From Clostridia bacterium (GTDB lineage Bacteria > Bacillota > Sulfobacillia > SLMV01), in assembly GCA_003551215.1 (NCBI GenBank), contig PUMD01000031.1:1-58469 (forward strand): a stretch of 58,469 nt of DNA, given 5' to 3'. Of this stretch, positions 10,157 to 19,108 are shown in pieces. The notes under the pieces were generated by a model, which saw only the letters and a list, made by a program, of their open reading frames with translations, made no database searches and had not been told where the DNA came from. The position numbers and the translations under genes were made by a program. How positions within the stretch are numbered: position 1 is the stretch's first letter; every line of letters starts with the position of its first letter.

Positions 10157-10921
10157 GTGAAACACAGCGCAATAAATCGTCAGCCAAGGGAAATCCAAGG
10201 GGAGCCAGAAAAGCTTCTGCTTGAGTATGCCCGAAGTGAAGACCCCGATCTCAAACGCGAAATAGCCAGCCATTACCAGGGGCTGGTGGTACATCTGGCC
10301 AAGGGATTTCTCGGTCGAGGTGAGGCCCTCGAAGATCTGATTCAGCAGGGTTACATCGGGCTTCTTAAGGCCATCGAGCGCTTCGATCCCGATCGCGGCG
10401 TGAAATTTACGACCTACGCCACACCCACAATTAACGGTGAGATCCGCCGCTATTTCAGAGACAAAGGCTGGGATCTGCACGTTCCTCGCGGTGTTAAGGA
10501 ACGGCAGTTAAGAGTCAAAGCTGCAAAAGAGAAGCTGATGGGACTCGGGGAGACAGATCCGAGTGCAGCTCAGATCGCCGAATATCTGCAGGAAGAACAG
10601 GGCGACGTTGAGAAGGCGCTCCTGGCTCGACGTGCCTACAACTCCTATTCCCTTCACAGTACTCTTTGGGATCAGGAAAACCTTCAACTCATGGAGGTAG
10701 TCGGGCAGGATGATGATGGCTACGAGCAGGTTATGAACTGTCAGGATATCGCTCAGGCTATAAGGCAGCTGCCCGAGCGTGAGCAGAAGATAGTCCAGTG
10801 GCGGTTTTTCGGCGATCTGACACAAAAAGAAGTTGGAGAGCGACTGGGTATATCTCAGATGCACGTAAGCAGACTTGAACGTCGGGCCCTCAAGACCATG
10901 CGAAAGCAGATGGTAGCCTAG
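10157..10921 (+). CDS. SigB/SigF/SigG family RNA polymerase sigma factor (SigB-like)
   Basis: DLIQQGYIGLLKAIERFDP, FTTYATPTINGEIRRYFRDKGW and region 4 LTQKEVGERLGISQMHVSRLE; the GTG start follows AGGAGGTG. Confidence 0.92.
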   Translation: MKHSAINRQPREIQGEPEKLLLEYARSEDPDLKREIASHYQGLVVHLAKGFLGRGEALEDLIQQGYIGLLKAIERFDPDRGVKFTTYATPTINGEIRRYFRDKGWDLHVPRGVKERQLRVKAAKEKLMGLGETDPSAAQIAEYLQEEQGDVEKALLARRAYNSYSLHSTLWDQENLQLMEVVGQDDDGYEQVMNCQDIAQAIRQLPEREQKIVQWRFFGDLTQKEVGERLGISQMHVSRLERRALKTMRKQMVA

Positions 10922-11388
10922 CGTGATTGCTTGTCATCCTGCAGACTCACGTCAATAAAGAAATGGGTGGTAGGAGCTATTACCACAGTCTCAACCCGCA
11001 GCAGATAGCGGCTGTCCTGGTGGGTGATTTCCCGGTTATGATACAGGCTTTTGGCCATATCGGGATCAATATCATCGATCATTTGCCCGACCATTCCGTC
11101 TGATACCGACCTGAGTCTTTCCGTCAACTCAATCTGCACAGTTTCTGTTTTGCCATCGGGCAGGCCGGACAGGTGTATCTTGACTGTCTCTATCGCCGGG
11201 CGCGTCTGAAACTCCTGCAGCTGTTGTCTTAACTGCTGCATCTGCTGCCTCTGGTCGGTGGCGATGCTGCGAAAGAGGTCTCTTTGCACGGTCGCGCTTT
11301 CCAGCTGGGCGGCAGTCAGCATGGTTACCCCCGCTGCACCAACAATTACTCCCAGGGTAAAGGCGGCGAGAAATCTGCGGATGTTCAC
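10918..11388 (-). CDS. ytrI: Sporulation membrane protein YtrI-like
   Basis: N-terminal TM (RRFLAAFTLGVIVGAAG), then a coiled coil and an alpha/beta C-terminal domain; GTGA overlap with ytrH; ytrH-ytrI sits next to dnaE as in Bacillus. Confidence 0.7.
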   Translation of the reverse strand: MNIRRFLAAFTLGVIVGAAGVTMLTAAQLESATVQRDLFRSIATDQRQQMQQLRQQLQEFQTRPAIETVKIHLSGLPDGKTETVQIELTERLRSVSDGMVGQMIDDIDPDMAKSLYHNREITHQDSRYLLRVETVVIAPTTHFFIDVSLQDDKQSR

Positions 11389-11708
11389 GGTGAGCCGGCC
11401 ATCCATTCAACAAGCAGGTAGCCCAGCTGAGCTCCGCCAAAGGCCGCGACCACCAGACTCATGTGTCGGAAGATGGCTGCTGTCTGCTGCCCCCATAAAA
11501 CGGAGTCAATCATTTTGATGGTGGCGAAGGTGCCGCCTAGCGCGGCCACGGCAGCCCAGGTCTTGAGCTGGTCGGCCAGATCCAGCATAGTGGTAGCAGG
11601 GTAGCCACCGGCCAGCAGAGCTCCCAGTGCACCCAGGACTGAACCGCCAAGCAGCATTCCGAGTGACATAAAAAAGGAAAGGACCATCTGCATCCAGAAA
11701 TCGTCCAT
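11385..11708 (-). CDS. ytrH: Sporulation protein YtrH family
   Basis: FFMSLGMLLGGSVLGALG...LADQLKTWAAVAALGGTF...AAFGGAQLG is typical of YtrH; RBS GAGGAG; divergent from dnaE. Confidence 0.85.
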   Translation of the reverse strand: MDDFWMQMVLSFFMSLGMLLGGSVLGALGALLAGGYPATTMLDLADQLKTWAAVAALGGTFATIKMIDSVLWGQQTAAIFRHMSLVVAAFGGAQLGYLLVEWMAGSP

Positions 11709-11805
11709 AGGTAGTTTTCTCCTCAGAACAGTGTTGCCCTTTTTGTTAGCGGTACCGTTTGAAGTCTTATTCACTGAGGTCAGAGGATATGTGGGGAGGT
11801 TCATA

Positions 11806-14800
11806 TTGCTAGACGGAAAATCAAGTTTCACTCATCTGCACAACCACACCGAATACAGCCTGCTGGATGGAGCCGCCCGAATCGAGGAGCTGATCCAGCG
11901 AACAAAAGAGCTGGGGATGAATTCAGTTGCCATCACAGATCACGGAGTTATGTATGGAGTGGTGGATTTTTACCGCAGGGCCAAGGCTGCCAATGTGCAT
12001 CCCATAGTGGGATGCGAGGTCTATGTGGCGAGGCGTTCACGCCATGATAAGGATGCATCCCGGGACAGGGACCCCTACCACCTGGTGCTGCTGGCTGAGA
12101 ATCAAACCGGATATCAAAACCTGATGCGACTGGTCAGCCGTTCTTATGTGGAGGGGCTTTACTACCGGCCCCGCTGCGATAAAGAGCTGCTTTCTCAGTA
12201 CAGTGAGGGACTCATAGCCCTTTCGGGCTGCGTTTCAGGCGAGGTTCCTCAGCTCATCCTAAACGGCCAGATGGAGGAGACCCGCGATGCTGTGCGATGG
12301 CATCGCGACACCTTCGGGCAGGACAGCTACTTTCTGGAGATGCAGGATCACGGAATGGACAGAGAGCGACAGGTCAATGAAGCCCTCGTCCAACTGGCCG
12401 ATGAGTTTGGTCTTGGACTGGTTGCTACCAACGACACCCACTACCTGACTCAGCAAGACGCTTCTGCTCATGACGTTTTGTTGTGCATTCAGACAGGCAA
12501 ATCCCTGGATGATGAAAACAGGCTGCAGTTTCCCAACGACCGCTTTTATCTTCGTCCTCCCGAGGAGATGAAGGAGCTGTTTTCCGAGCATCCGGAAGCC
12601 ATAGCCAATACCGCAAGGATAGCTCAGAGATGTCAGGTGGATTTTGATTTCAATCAGCTGCACCTGCCGGAGTTTGATATTCCTGATGAATTTGCTTCCC
12701 CCCACGCTTACCTGACCCACTTGTGCCGTCGGGGCCTGCAGGAACGCTACGTAGAGCCGTCTGATGAAGAAGATCAGCGGCTGGCCTACGAGCTCAACAT
12801 GATAGAGGAGATGGGGTATTCGGGATATTTTCTGATAGTGTGGGATTTCATCCGTTTCGCCCGTGAGCGGGATATTCCCGTGGGACCCGGAAGGGGTTCT
12901 GCTGCTTCAAGTCTTGTGTCATACGTGCTGGGCATAACCAACATTGACCCGATCGCCTACGATCTGGTGTTTGAGCGGTTTCTCAATCCAGAGCGGGTGA
13001 GTATGCCTGACATCGACATAGATTTTTGCTATGAACGGCGCGATGAGGTAATAGATTACGTGGTCGATAAGTACGGTGAGTCCTGCGTTGCCCAGATAAT
13101 CACCTTTGGAACCATGGCGGCCAGAGCGGTCCTGCGAGACGTGGGGCGTGCCCTGGATATGCCGTACAGTCGGGTAGATAAGATAGCCAAGATGGTACCG
13201 GCTCAGATAGGAATAGATCTTGAGGAGGCCCTTGAGACTTCTGCTGAACTCAACGATGCGTACAATGAAGATGATGAAGTGCGCATGCTGGTGGATATTG
13301 CTGGTGCCCTTGAGGGACTTCCCCGTCACGCCTCAGTTCACGCGGCTGGAGTAGTAATAACTGAAGAAGAGCTGACGGAGTATATTCCCCTGCAGAAGAT
13401 GGGTGACGGGTCGATCGTGACTCAGTTCCCCATGGGAGTTCTCGAGGACCTGGGGCTTTTGAAGATGGACTTCCTCGGTCTGCGCACGCTCACTGTGATT
13501 GACGAGACAGTAAATATAATAAGGCAAAACCAGGATGAGAGTTTCTCAATTGATGAGATCCCCATGCGGGATAAAAAGACTTTCGAGCTTATTTCCCGGG
13601 GCGATACGGACGGTGTGTTTCAGCTGGAATCTTCCGGCATGAGGGAACTTCTTCGCGACCTGAAACCCTCGGCCTTCGAGGAAGTCATTGCAGCGGTGGC
13701 GCTGTTCAGGCCGGGTCCCATGGAGAACATACCAACGTTTCTGGAAAATAAACACAACCCGGAGGAGATAGAGTACCTGCATCCCGACCTCGAACCAATA
13801 CTTGAGGAGACATACGGAGTTATGGTCTATCAGGAACAGGTCATGCAGGTGGCATCTACCATGGCCGGCTTCAGCCTGGGACAAGCAGACATTCTGCGCA
13901 GGGCTATGGGTAAAAAGGACCCCGAGGAACTCGCTTCGATGAAAGAGGAATTCATAGGGGGATGTCTGCAGAAGGGGCATGAGCGCCAGGTGGCGGAGAA
14001 GCTGTTCGGTTTCATAGAAAAGTTTGCCCACTACGGGTTTAACAAGGGGCATACAACACCCTATGCACTGCTGGCCTATCAAACTGCTTACCTCAAGGCG
14101 AACCACCCGGTCCCATTTATGGCGGCTCTGCTTACCAGCATTATGGATGACAGTGATAAGGTAGCCAAGTATGTACAGGAATGCCGTCGCATGGGTATAG
14201 AGGTATCATCTCCTGATGTCAACCGCAGCAATCACAATTTCACCGTAGACAAAGATGTGATTCTGTTTGGGATGGCAGCCATCAAGAACCTCGGCTCTGC
14301 AAGCATTGAGGCGATAGTACAGCAGCGCAATCAGGAGGGCGAATACACCTCCTTTAGGGAATTTTGTGAGCGAGTTGATGCCGACAAGCTCAATCGCAGG
14401 GCTGTTGAATCCATGGTAAAGGCGGGAGCATTCGACTCGCTGTGTGAAAACCGGGCCAGCCTGCTTGCTGGTTATGAAAAGGTTCTGGCTTCAGCTCAGA
14501 GCGTGCAGAAAAGGAAAAAATCCGGTCAGGTATCAATATTCGATATGGTCGACGATGAAGAGGAAATATCCATGTCTCGACAGTCACTGCCGGATGTAGA
14601 ACCTTTAGACCCACCCGAAGCACTTGCCATGGAAAAGGAGGTTCTTGGAGTGTATGTCTCCGGTCATCCGCTCGAACAGTGGCGCGATGATCTCGAGCAG
14701 GAAATAACAGCCACATCTTCCCAGCTGCAGGACCTCACCGATGGCACCCATGTGGCGCTGGGAGGGTTGATAGTCGAGCAGTCGCGCATTCTTACAAAGG

Positions 14801-15240
14801 GCGGCGAGACTATGGCTTTTGTGACCGTGGAAGATATCGACGGTCGTTTGGAGGTAGTTGTATTTCCATCGGTGTTCTCAGACAATGCCGAGCTGCTGGT
14901 GGAGGAGAACGTGGTAGTAGTGACAGGTGAGGTATCCCACCGCGACGAGGATGTCAGCCTCATAGCCGAGACGATTCGGATACCTGGGGAAAACGGTCGA
15001 GTATATATCGAGATACCTCCGGGTACGCAGGATGCGGAGACTATTGAGCAGCTGAAATATATTCTTACCCAGCACTCGGGTGACACTCCGGTGTATCTGT
15101 GCCTGCACGAGTGCGACTGTGTTCTTCTGACTGGGAGTCGATTTCATGTTGACCCGGGTACGACGCTGCGCAAAGCCGTGCACAGAGTTGTAGGGCAGGG
15201 TGCATTTCACTACATCGATGCCGAACGAGAGGGCGCGTGA
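11806..15240 (+). CDS. dnaE: DNA polymerase III subunit alpha (DnaE1 type)
   Basis: PHP motif HLHNHTEYSLLDG, GPGRGSAASS, catalytic MPDIDIDF, KMDFLGLRTL, YGFNKGH, clamp-binding QVSIF and an OB fold; the TTG start follows GGGGAGG. Confidence 0.97.
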   Translation: MLDGKSSFTHLHNHTEYSLLDGAARIEELIQRTKELGMNSVAITDHGVMYGVVDFYRRAKAANVHPIVGCEVYVARRSRHDKDASRDRDPYHLVLLAENQTGYQNLMRLVSRSYVEGLYYRPRCDKELLSQYSEGLIALSGCVSGEVPQLILNGQMEETRDAVRWHRDTFGQDSYFLEMQDHGMDRERQVNEALVQLADEFGLGLVATNDTHYLTQQDASAHDVLLCIQTGKSLDDENRLQFPNDRFYLRPPEEMKELFSEHPEAIANTARIAQRCQVDFDFNQLHLPEFDIPDEFASPHAYLTHLCRRGLQERYVEPSDEEDQRLAYELNMIEEMGYSGYFLIVWDFIRFARERDIPVGPGRGSAASSLVSYVLGITNIDPIAYDLVFERFLNPERVSMPDIDIDFCYERRDEVIDYVVDKYGESCVAQIITFGTMAARAVLRDVGRALDMPYSRVDKIAKMVPAQIGIDLEEALETSAELNDAYNEDDEVRMLVDIAGALEGLPRHASVHAAGVVITEEELTEYIPLQKMGDGSIVTQFPMGVLEDLGLLKMDFLGLRTLTVIDETVNIIRQNQDESFSIDEIPMRDKKTFELISRGDTDGVFQLESSGMRELLRDLKPSAFEEVIAAVALFRPGPMENIPTFLENKHNPEEIEYLHPDLEPILEETYGVMVYQEQVMQVASTMAGFSLGQADILRRAMGKKDPEELASMKEEFIGGCLQKGHERQVAEKLFGFIEKFAHYGFNKGHTTPYALLAYQTAYLKANHPVPFMAALLTSIMDDSDKVAKYVQECRRMGIEVSSPDVNRSNHNFTVDKDVILFGMAAIKNLGSASIEAIVQQRNQEGEYTSFREFCERVDADKLNRRAVESMVKAGAFDSLCENRASLLAGYEKVLASAQSVQKRKKSGQVSIFDMVDDEEEISMSRQSLPDVEPLDPPEALAMEKEVLGVYVSGHPLEQWRDDLEQEITATSSQLQDLTDGTHVALGGLIVEQSRILTKGGETMAFVTVEDIDGRLEVVVFPSVFSDNAELLVEENVVVVTGEVSHRDEDVSLIAETIRIPGENGRVYIEIPPGTQDAETIEQLKYILTQHSGDTPVYLCLHECDCVLLTGSRFHVDPGTTLRKAVHRVVGQGAFHYIDAEREGA

Positions 15241-15246
15241 ACACCG

Positions 15247-15630
15247 ATGTTTTACTGGTTTTGGAGAATACTGGCCTTACTTGCGTTGGTCCCGCTGGTT
15301 GAACTGGCACTGCTTTTGGAGGTAGGGCGTCTGATTGGAACATGGAGAACTGTAGCAATAGTGATTGTCACCGCCATAATAGGTTCTTACCTTACCAGTC
15401 GTGAGGGAACCAGGGTGCTCGGCAGGATAAAAGAGCAGCTTACCCATGGCACCGTTCCCTCCGATGCGCTTTTTGATGCAGCCCTGATTGGGGGAGCTGG
15501 CCTGCTGCTTTTGACCCCGGGTCTGTTAACGGACGTGATGGGATTTCTGTGCCTCATTCCTGCCACACGCACTGTCATACAGCGCTGGATAGCCAGGAGG
15601 GCGGAATCCTTCATAATGGATCGTTATTGA
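15247..15630 (+). CDS. fxsA: FxsA family membrane protein
   Basis: PLVELALLLEVG and GLLLLTPGLLTDVMGFLCLIP signatures. Confidence 0.9.
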   Translation: MFYWFWRILALLALVPLVELALLLEVGRLIGTWRTVAIVIVTAIIGSYLTSREGTRVLGRIKEQLTHGTVPSDALFDAALIGGAGLLLLTPGLLTDVMGFLCLIPATRTVIQRWIARRAESFIMDRY

Positions 15631-15640
15631 ACAAAAAATG

Positions 15641-15725
15641 TGCCGAGGGTGGGATTCGAACCCACAAGGGGCAAAGCCCCATGCGATTTTGAGTCGCACG
15701 CGTAGGCCAATTCCGCCACCTCGGC
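15641..15725 (-). tRNA. tRNA-Leu(CAA)
   Basis: Reverse complement GCCGAGG...TGCGA-CT-CAA-AA-TCGCA, long variable arm, GGTTCGAATCC T-loop, acceptor stem closing CCTCGGCA; no encoded CCA. Confidence 0.93.
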
Positions 15726-15741
15726 ACTTTTCATGAGACAC

Positions 15742-15770
15742 ATTATATCAAAGCTCCTTATAGGCGTCCA
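15742..15770 (-). promoter_or_regulatory. Sigma-A promoter of tRNA-Leu(CAA)
   Basis: Minus strand TGGACG-N17-TATAAT just upstream of the tRNA. Confidence 0.65.
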
Positions 15771-15916
15771 ACGATAATGCAATCACTGTTGAAAGGATGC
15801 AGGTTATCAGCTTGCAGAACGGTTTTCGCTGTTTTGGCTGCTCAGGTCTTGGGAGTCTGACAGCTGGTTGTCAAGTTTTTCTGCTTTCACAGCCCCTTCC
15901 TTCTGAACGATAATCA

Positions 15917-15943
15917 CATAATCCTCGGGTGGATGCATAGCAT
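15917..15943 (+). promoter_or_regulatory. Possible mother-cell (sigma-E/K-like) promoter
   Basis: CATA-N15-CATAGCAT upstream of the L,D-transpeptidase start; resembles the sigma-E/K -10 element CATAnnnT. Confidence 0.3.
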
Positions 15944-15980
15944 ACCAAAGACACACTATCAATCGCAGTAGAGGAATGAT

Positions 15981-17528
15981 ATGGTCATGAAATGTCTGAG
16001 GATTGCATTTGTGGGCTTGCTATGTCTTGCATTAGCGCTGTTGTCACTCCCTTTGTCTGTTTGTGCAGACAGTACTGAATCTGAACAGGGACGGCACCCG
16101 GATGCTTGCACTGCTGATCTATGCGACATGCAGGGAGTGCTGCCCGCTGAATATCACGAAAACGGTCTGCTCATCAATATACCGGGCCGTTATCTTGTGG
16201 TAATTCAGCAAGGCGAGGTCCTCAGGCGGTACCCAATTGCCGCGGGCAGTCCTCAAACGCCGACTCCGCAGGGGCAGTTTGAGGTTATCAATGCAGTGAG
16301 GGATCCGTGGTGGTACCCCAATGACAGGCAGCCCGTTCCTGCTGGACCCGATAACCCGCTTGGTCCCTGGTGGCTGGGTCTTAATTTGCGGGGTTACGGC
16401 ATTCACGGCAACAACAATCCTTCCTCCATAGGGAGTCTAGTTTCGCAGGGATGCATAAGGATGGCCAACCCGGACATAGCCGAACTGGTTGAACTCGTCG
16501 AAAGAGGAACGGTAGTGAACATAGTATACGAGACCGTAACACCCGTGCCGGTTGCAGACGGTGAGGAGATAGAGTGGCATCTGGGTGTATATACTGATGA
16601 CTACGGCAGGGATAACTCGTCCGTCTACAGCCGTGTAGACGACCTGCTGAAAGACTCAGGCCTTTATCTACCCCCCGAGTCGATGGTTGCATTGCAGCAG
16701 GTACAACAGGAGGCAGACAGCTCTGTATCTCTGGAGGTACCGCTGGGTTATCTACCCGCGGATGCAAAAGAGTGGGCCTTTTCTGAAGGTCTGCCATGGT
16801 TTTTCAACGGCAATCTGATGACATCACCGGCAGTGCTGCGGGGGGATGATGAGTTGCATGTCCCCCTGGGGGAATTTCTTCAGCCTCTTTGTGAGCTTAC
16901 CGGAGAGTTTCCCGACATTGAAGTAACAGTACAGGATACAGAAAAAGTCAAAAAGCCGATAGTCTGTCAGATTAAAGGAAAGAGCCTGATAAGTCTTGAT
17001 AGTTCAGAGGAGATCAGCTGGTCTGCCTTGTCAGAGCAGGCGGAGTCAGATGGTGACACTCATCAAGATCCGGACAAAGCACCTTCTCTGACAGCAACGG
17101 TCAGGTTATCTGATAGCCCGGGATTGAGTGTTTTTTCGGAGCGGGACGTAAAACTGCATGGAATATTATATCGTGACGAGGTATACGTGCCGTTTTTCGA
17201 CGCCGTGGGTGAGATGAATGTGGCTGCCGATAGTACCGAATTGGGGGCGTGGTATCGGGCCACCACCCTCTACCTCTCCGAGCAGTTGGTGGCCGTTTTC
17301 CCACCCTTCCCGGGCGATGAGTCAGGTCGTATACCGGCTTCAGTGCTGAAGGATGTCTTCGGCAGGAGGATCATTGTCAGAGATGACAAGGTTGCCTTTC
17401 TGCGCAACACCCTTCAGGACGTCGAATGGATTGACCAACAGCCCTGGATCAGCGCCGAAGAGGTGGCCGACATTATTGGATGGGATAGTGAAGTAAGTGA
17501 GGTTTCTATCAAATTGCTGCCCAGATAA
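15981..17528 (+). CDS. Secreted L,D-transpeptidase (YkuD family) with a long C-terminal extension
   Basis: Signal peptide, RRYPIAAG, TPTPQGQF, NPLGPWWLGL and the catalytic motif GIHGNN...SQGCIRM. Confidence 0.88.
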   Translation: MVMKCLRIAFVGLLCLALALLSLPLSVCADSTESEQGRHPDACTADLCDMQGVLPAEYHENGLLINIPGRYLVVIQQGEVLRRYPIAAGSPQTPTPQGQFEVINAVRDPWWYPNDRQPVPAGPDNPLGPWWLGLNLRGYGIHGNNNPSSIGSLVSQGCIRMANPDIAELVELVERGTVVNIVYETVTPVPVADGEEIEWHLGVYTDDYGRDNSSVYSRVDDLLKDSGLYLPPESMVALQQVQQEADSSVSLEVPLGYLPADAKEWAFSEGLPWFFNGNLMTSPAVLRGDDELHVPLGEFLQPLCELTGEFPDIEVTVQDTEKVKKPIVCQIKGKSLISLDSSEEISWSALSEQAESDGDTHQDPDKAPSLTATVRLSDSPGLSVFSERDVKLHGILYRDEVYVPFFDAVGEMNVAADSTELGAWYRATTLYLSEQLVAVFPPFPGDESGRIPASVLKDVFGRRIIVRDDKVAFLRNTLQDVEWIDQQPWISAEEVADIIGWDSEVSEVSIKLLPR

Positions 17529-17646
17529 ACGGCTGCTGTGTGACGTCGGTGCCGCGACAGGCCAGCTGAGCACTTTGATTTTGAATCTGACCTGCAAACC
17601 AGTGTGGCGGGACCTTCCCGTACGACGAGGATCCCGCCTGCTTTGT

Positions 17647-18060
17647 TCAGACCGAAAACCAGCCGCCGTCTATGTATATCACCTGTAACTGCAGGCAGCT
17701 GATGCCAAAAGTAGAAAGACTCAGTCAAGCTCGCCTTTCCGTCCGGTGCGCTGCACGGGACACTGATGGTTGACGAATTCCTCAAACTCCGGCAGTGCAT
17801 TACATCTTCGGTCATCTCGGTAAAGACAACCCCCCGGGGGCCGATGGCATTGACGGTTTTATTGTGCCTTGCCCATTCTGCACCCACTGCGTGGTGAAGG
17901 TGTTGAGCCACCTTTGGATGCTTGATAAGCGGATGCCGGCATGTAGATATTTTCCACCGCACCGTACATGGAAGAAATATAGATGATCTTTCCGTGTTCC
18001 TGCCTGATTATCACCATTGCTTCGTATAGTGTGAAGAGAAAGACGTCGATAAGATTAAGG
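17647..18060 (-). pseudogene. Degraded SDR-family oxidoreductase remnant
   Basis: Collinear fragments spread over shifting frames: NLIDVFLFT...GKIIYISSMYG...AYQASKGG (YxxxK), then AEWARHNKTVNAIGP...TEMTE, then PVQRTGRKGELD*VFLLLAS and VIYIDGGWFSV*. No N-terminal Rossmann motif found. Confidence 0.8.
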
Positions 18061-18490
18061 GTCGATCGGAGACGGAGAGCTCTTCTGGGGGATGCCACAC
18101 TGACAGAAAACTGAAGAACTACTCTTTGACAACGTATCGACTCATCAGGATGCCTGAGTATTTTTAGATTGCCATTTTGGGGATCAGCGGCTTGCCAAAA
18201 GCAATCAGCGGTACAGTATTCACAGCTGACGTCAGAGCCCCTGATGTTGTCTGCTGCTTTCTTTCTGTTTTTTTGTTCAGAAGGTGCTATTGTGCTGAGA
18301 GCGCCGAACACCAGGCAAAGGCAGACATGTTTGGCCTATCCTGGGCAGGTCCAGTCGTCTGATACCGACGCTGTCCGATAGCCGGCCTTTTTTGTTATAC
18401 TTACTAATTGGACAGCTGATTGGGTGTGCTTGGTCAGGTATTGTTTGTGGAAAGTTTACTGCATAGCTGGGGATAGCGGGAGGAAAGAGC

Positions 18491-19108
18491 ATGACATCCA
18501 AGGATGCCGAGCTTGTGCAGCAGTGCAAGCTCGGTGACATCTCAGCCTTTGAAAAACTGCTGGATGAATATGAGGGTAAAATATATAACATGGCCTATCG
18601 CATGTTGGGTGATCGGCAGGATGCAGAGGACGCTACTCAGGAGACATTCATGAAGGCTTATACCAGCCTCGACGGCTTCCGCGGGGATTCCTCTTTTTCC
18701 ACCTGGTTGTACCGTATTGCGAAGAACGTCTGCCTGGATGAGATCCGCAGAAGGCAGAGAAAGCCCGTATACCATCTGGATGAGCCTGTTACAACTCCGA
18801 CGGGGCAGATACAGCGGCAGCTGCCCGACGAATCTCCTGCGCCGGATGAAGTGGTGGTAGAGCACGAAAAAAGGCGTGCTATAGAGGAGGCGCTCGGAAA
18901 GCTCCCCCCACATCATCGCACAGTCATAGTCCTAAGAGATATCCAGGGACTAAGCTACAACGAGATAGCCGAGATTCTAAAAGTAAAACTCGGCACGGTC
19001 AAATCCCGCCTTTACCGGGCGCGCAGTTCCATGAGTGCAGTTCTGCAGGAGATGGAACTTTTCCGTAGGCAGGGCGTCAGGCAAGGCGAGAGGAGGGAAG
19101 AAACTTGA
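18491..19108 (+). CDS. ECF RNA polymerase sigma factor (SigW/RpoE-like)
   Basis: DAEDATQETFMKAY, FSTWLYRIAKNVCLD and LSYNEIAEILKVKLGTVKSRLYRAR motifs. Confidence 0.95.
   Translation: MTSKDAELVQQCKLGDISAFEKLLDEYEGKIYNMAYRMLGDRQDAEDATQETFMKAYTSLDGFRGDSSFSTWLYRIAKNVCLDEIRRRQRKPVYHLDEPVTTPTGQIQRQLPDESPAPDEVVVEHEKRRAIEEALGKLPPHHRTVIVLRDIQGLSYNEIAEILKVKLGTVKSRLYRARSSMSAVLQEMELFRRQGVRQGERREET
19054..19078 (+). promoter_or_regulatory. Putative ECF-type promoter inside the 3' end of the sigma gene
   Basis: GGAAC(19054)-N16-CGTC(19075), ending 27 nt before the anti-sigma TTG start. Confidence 0.5.
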
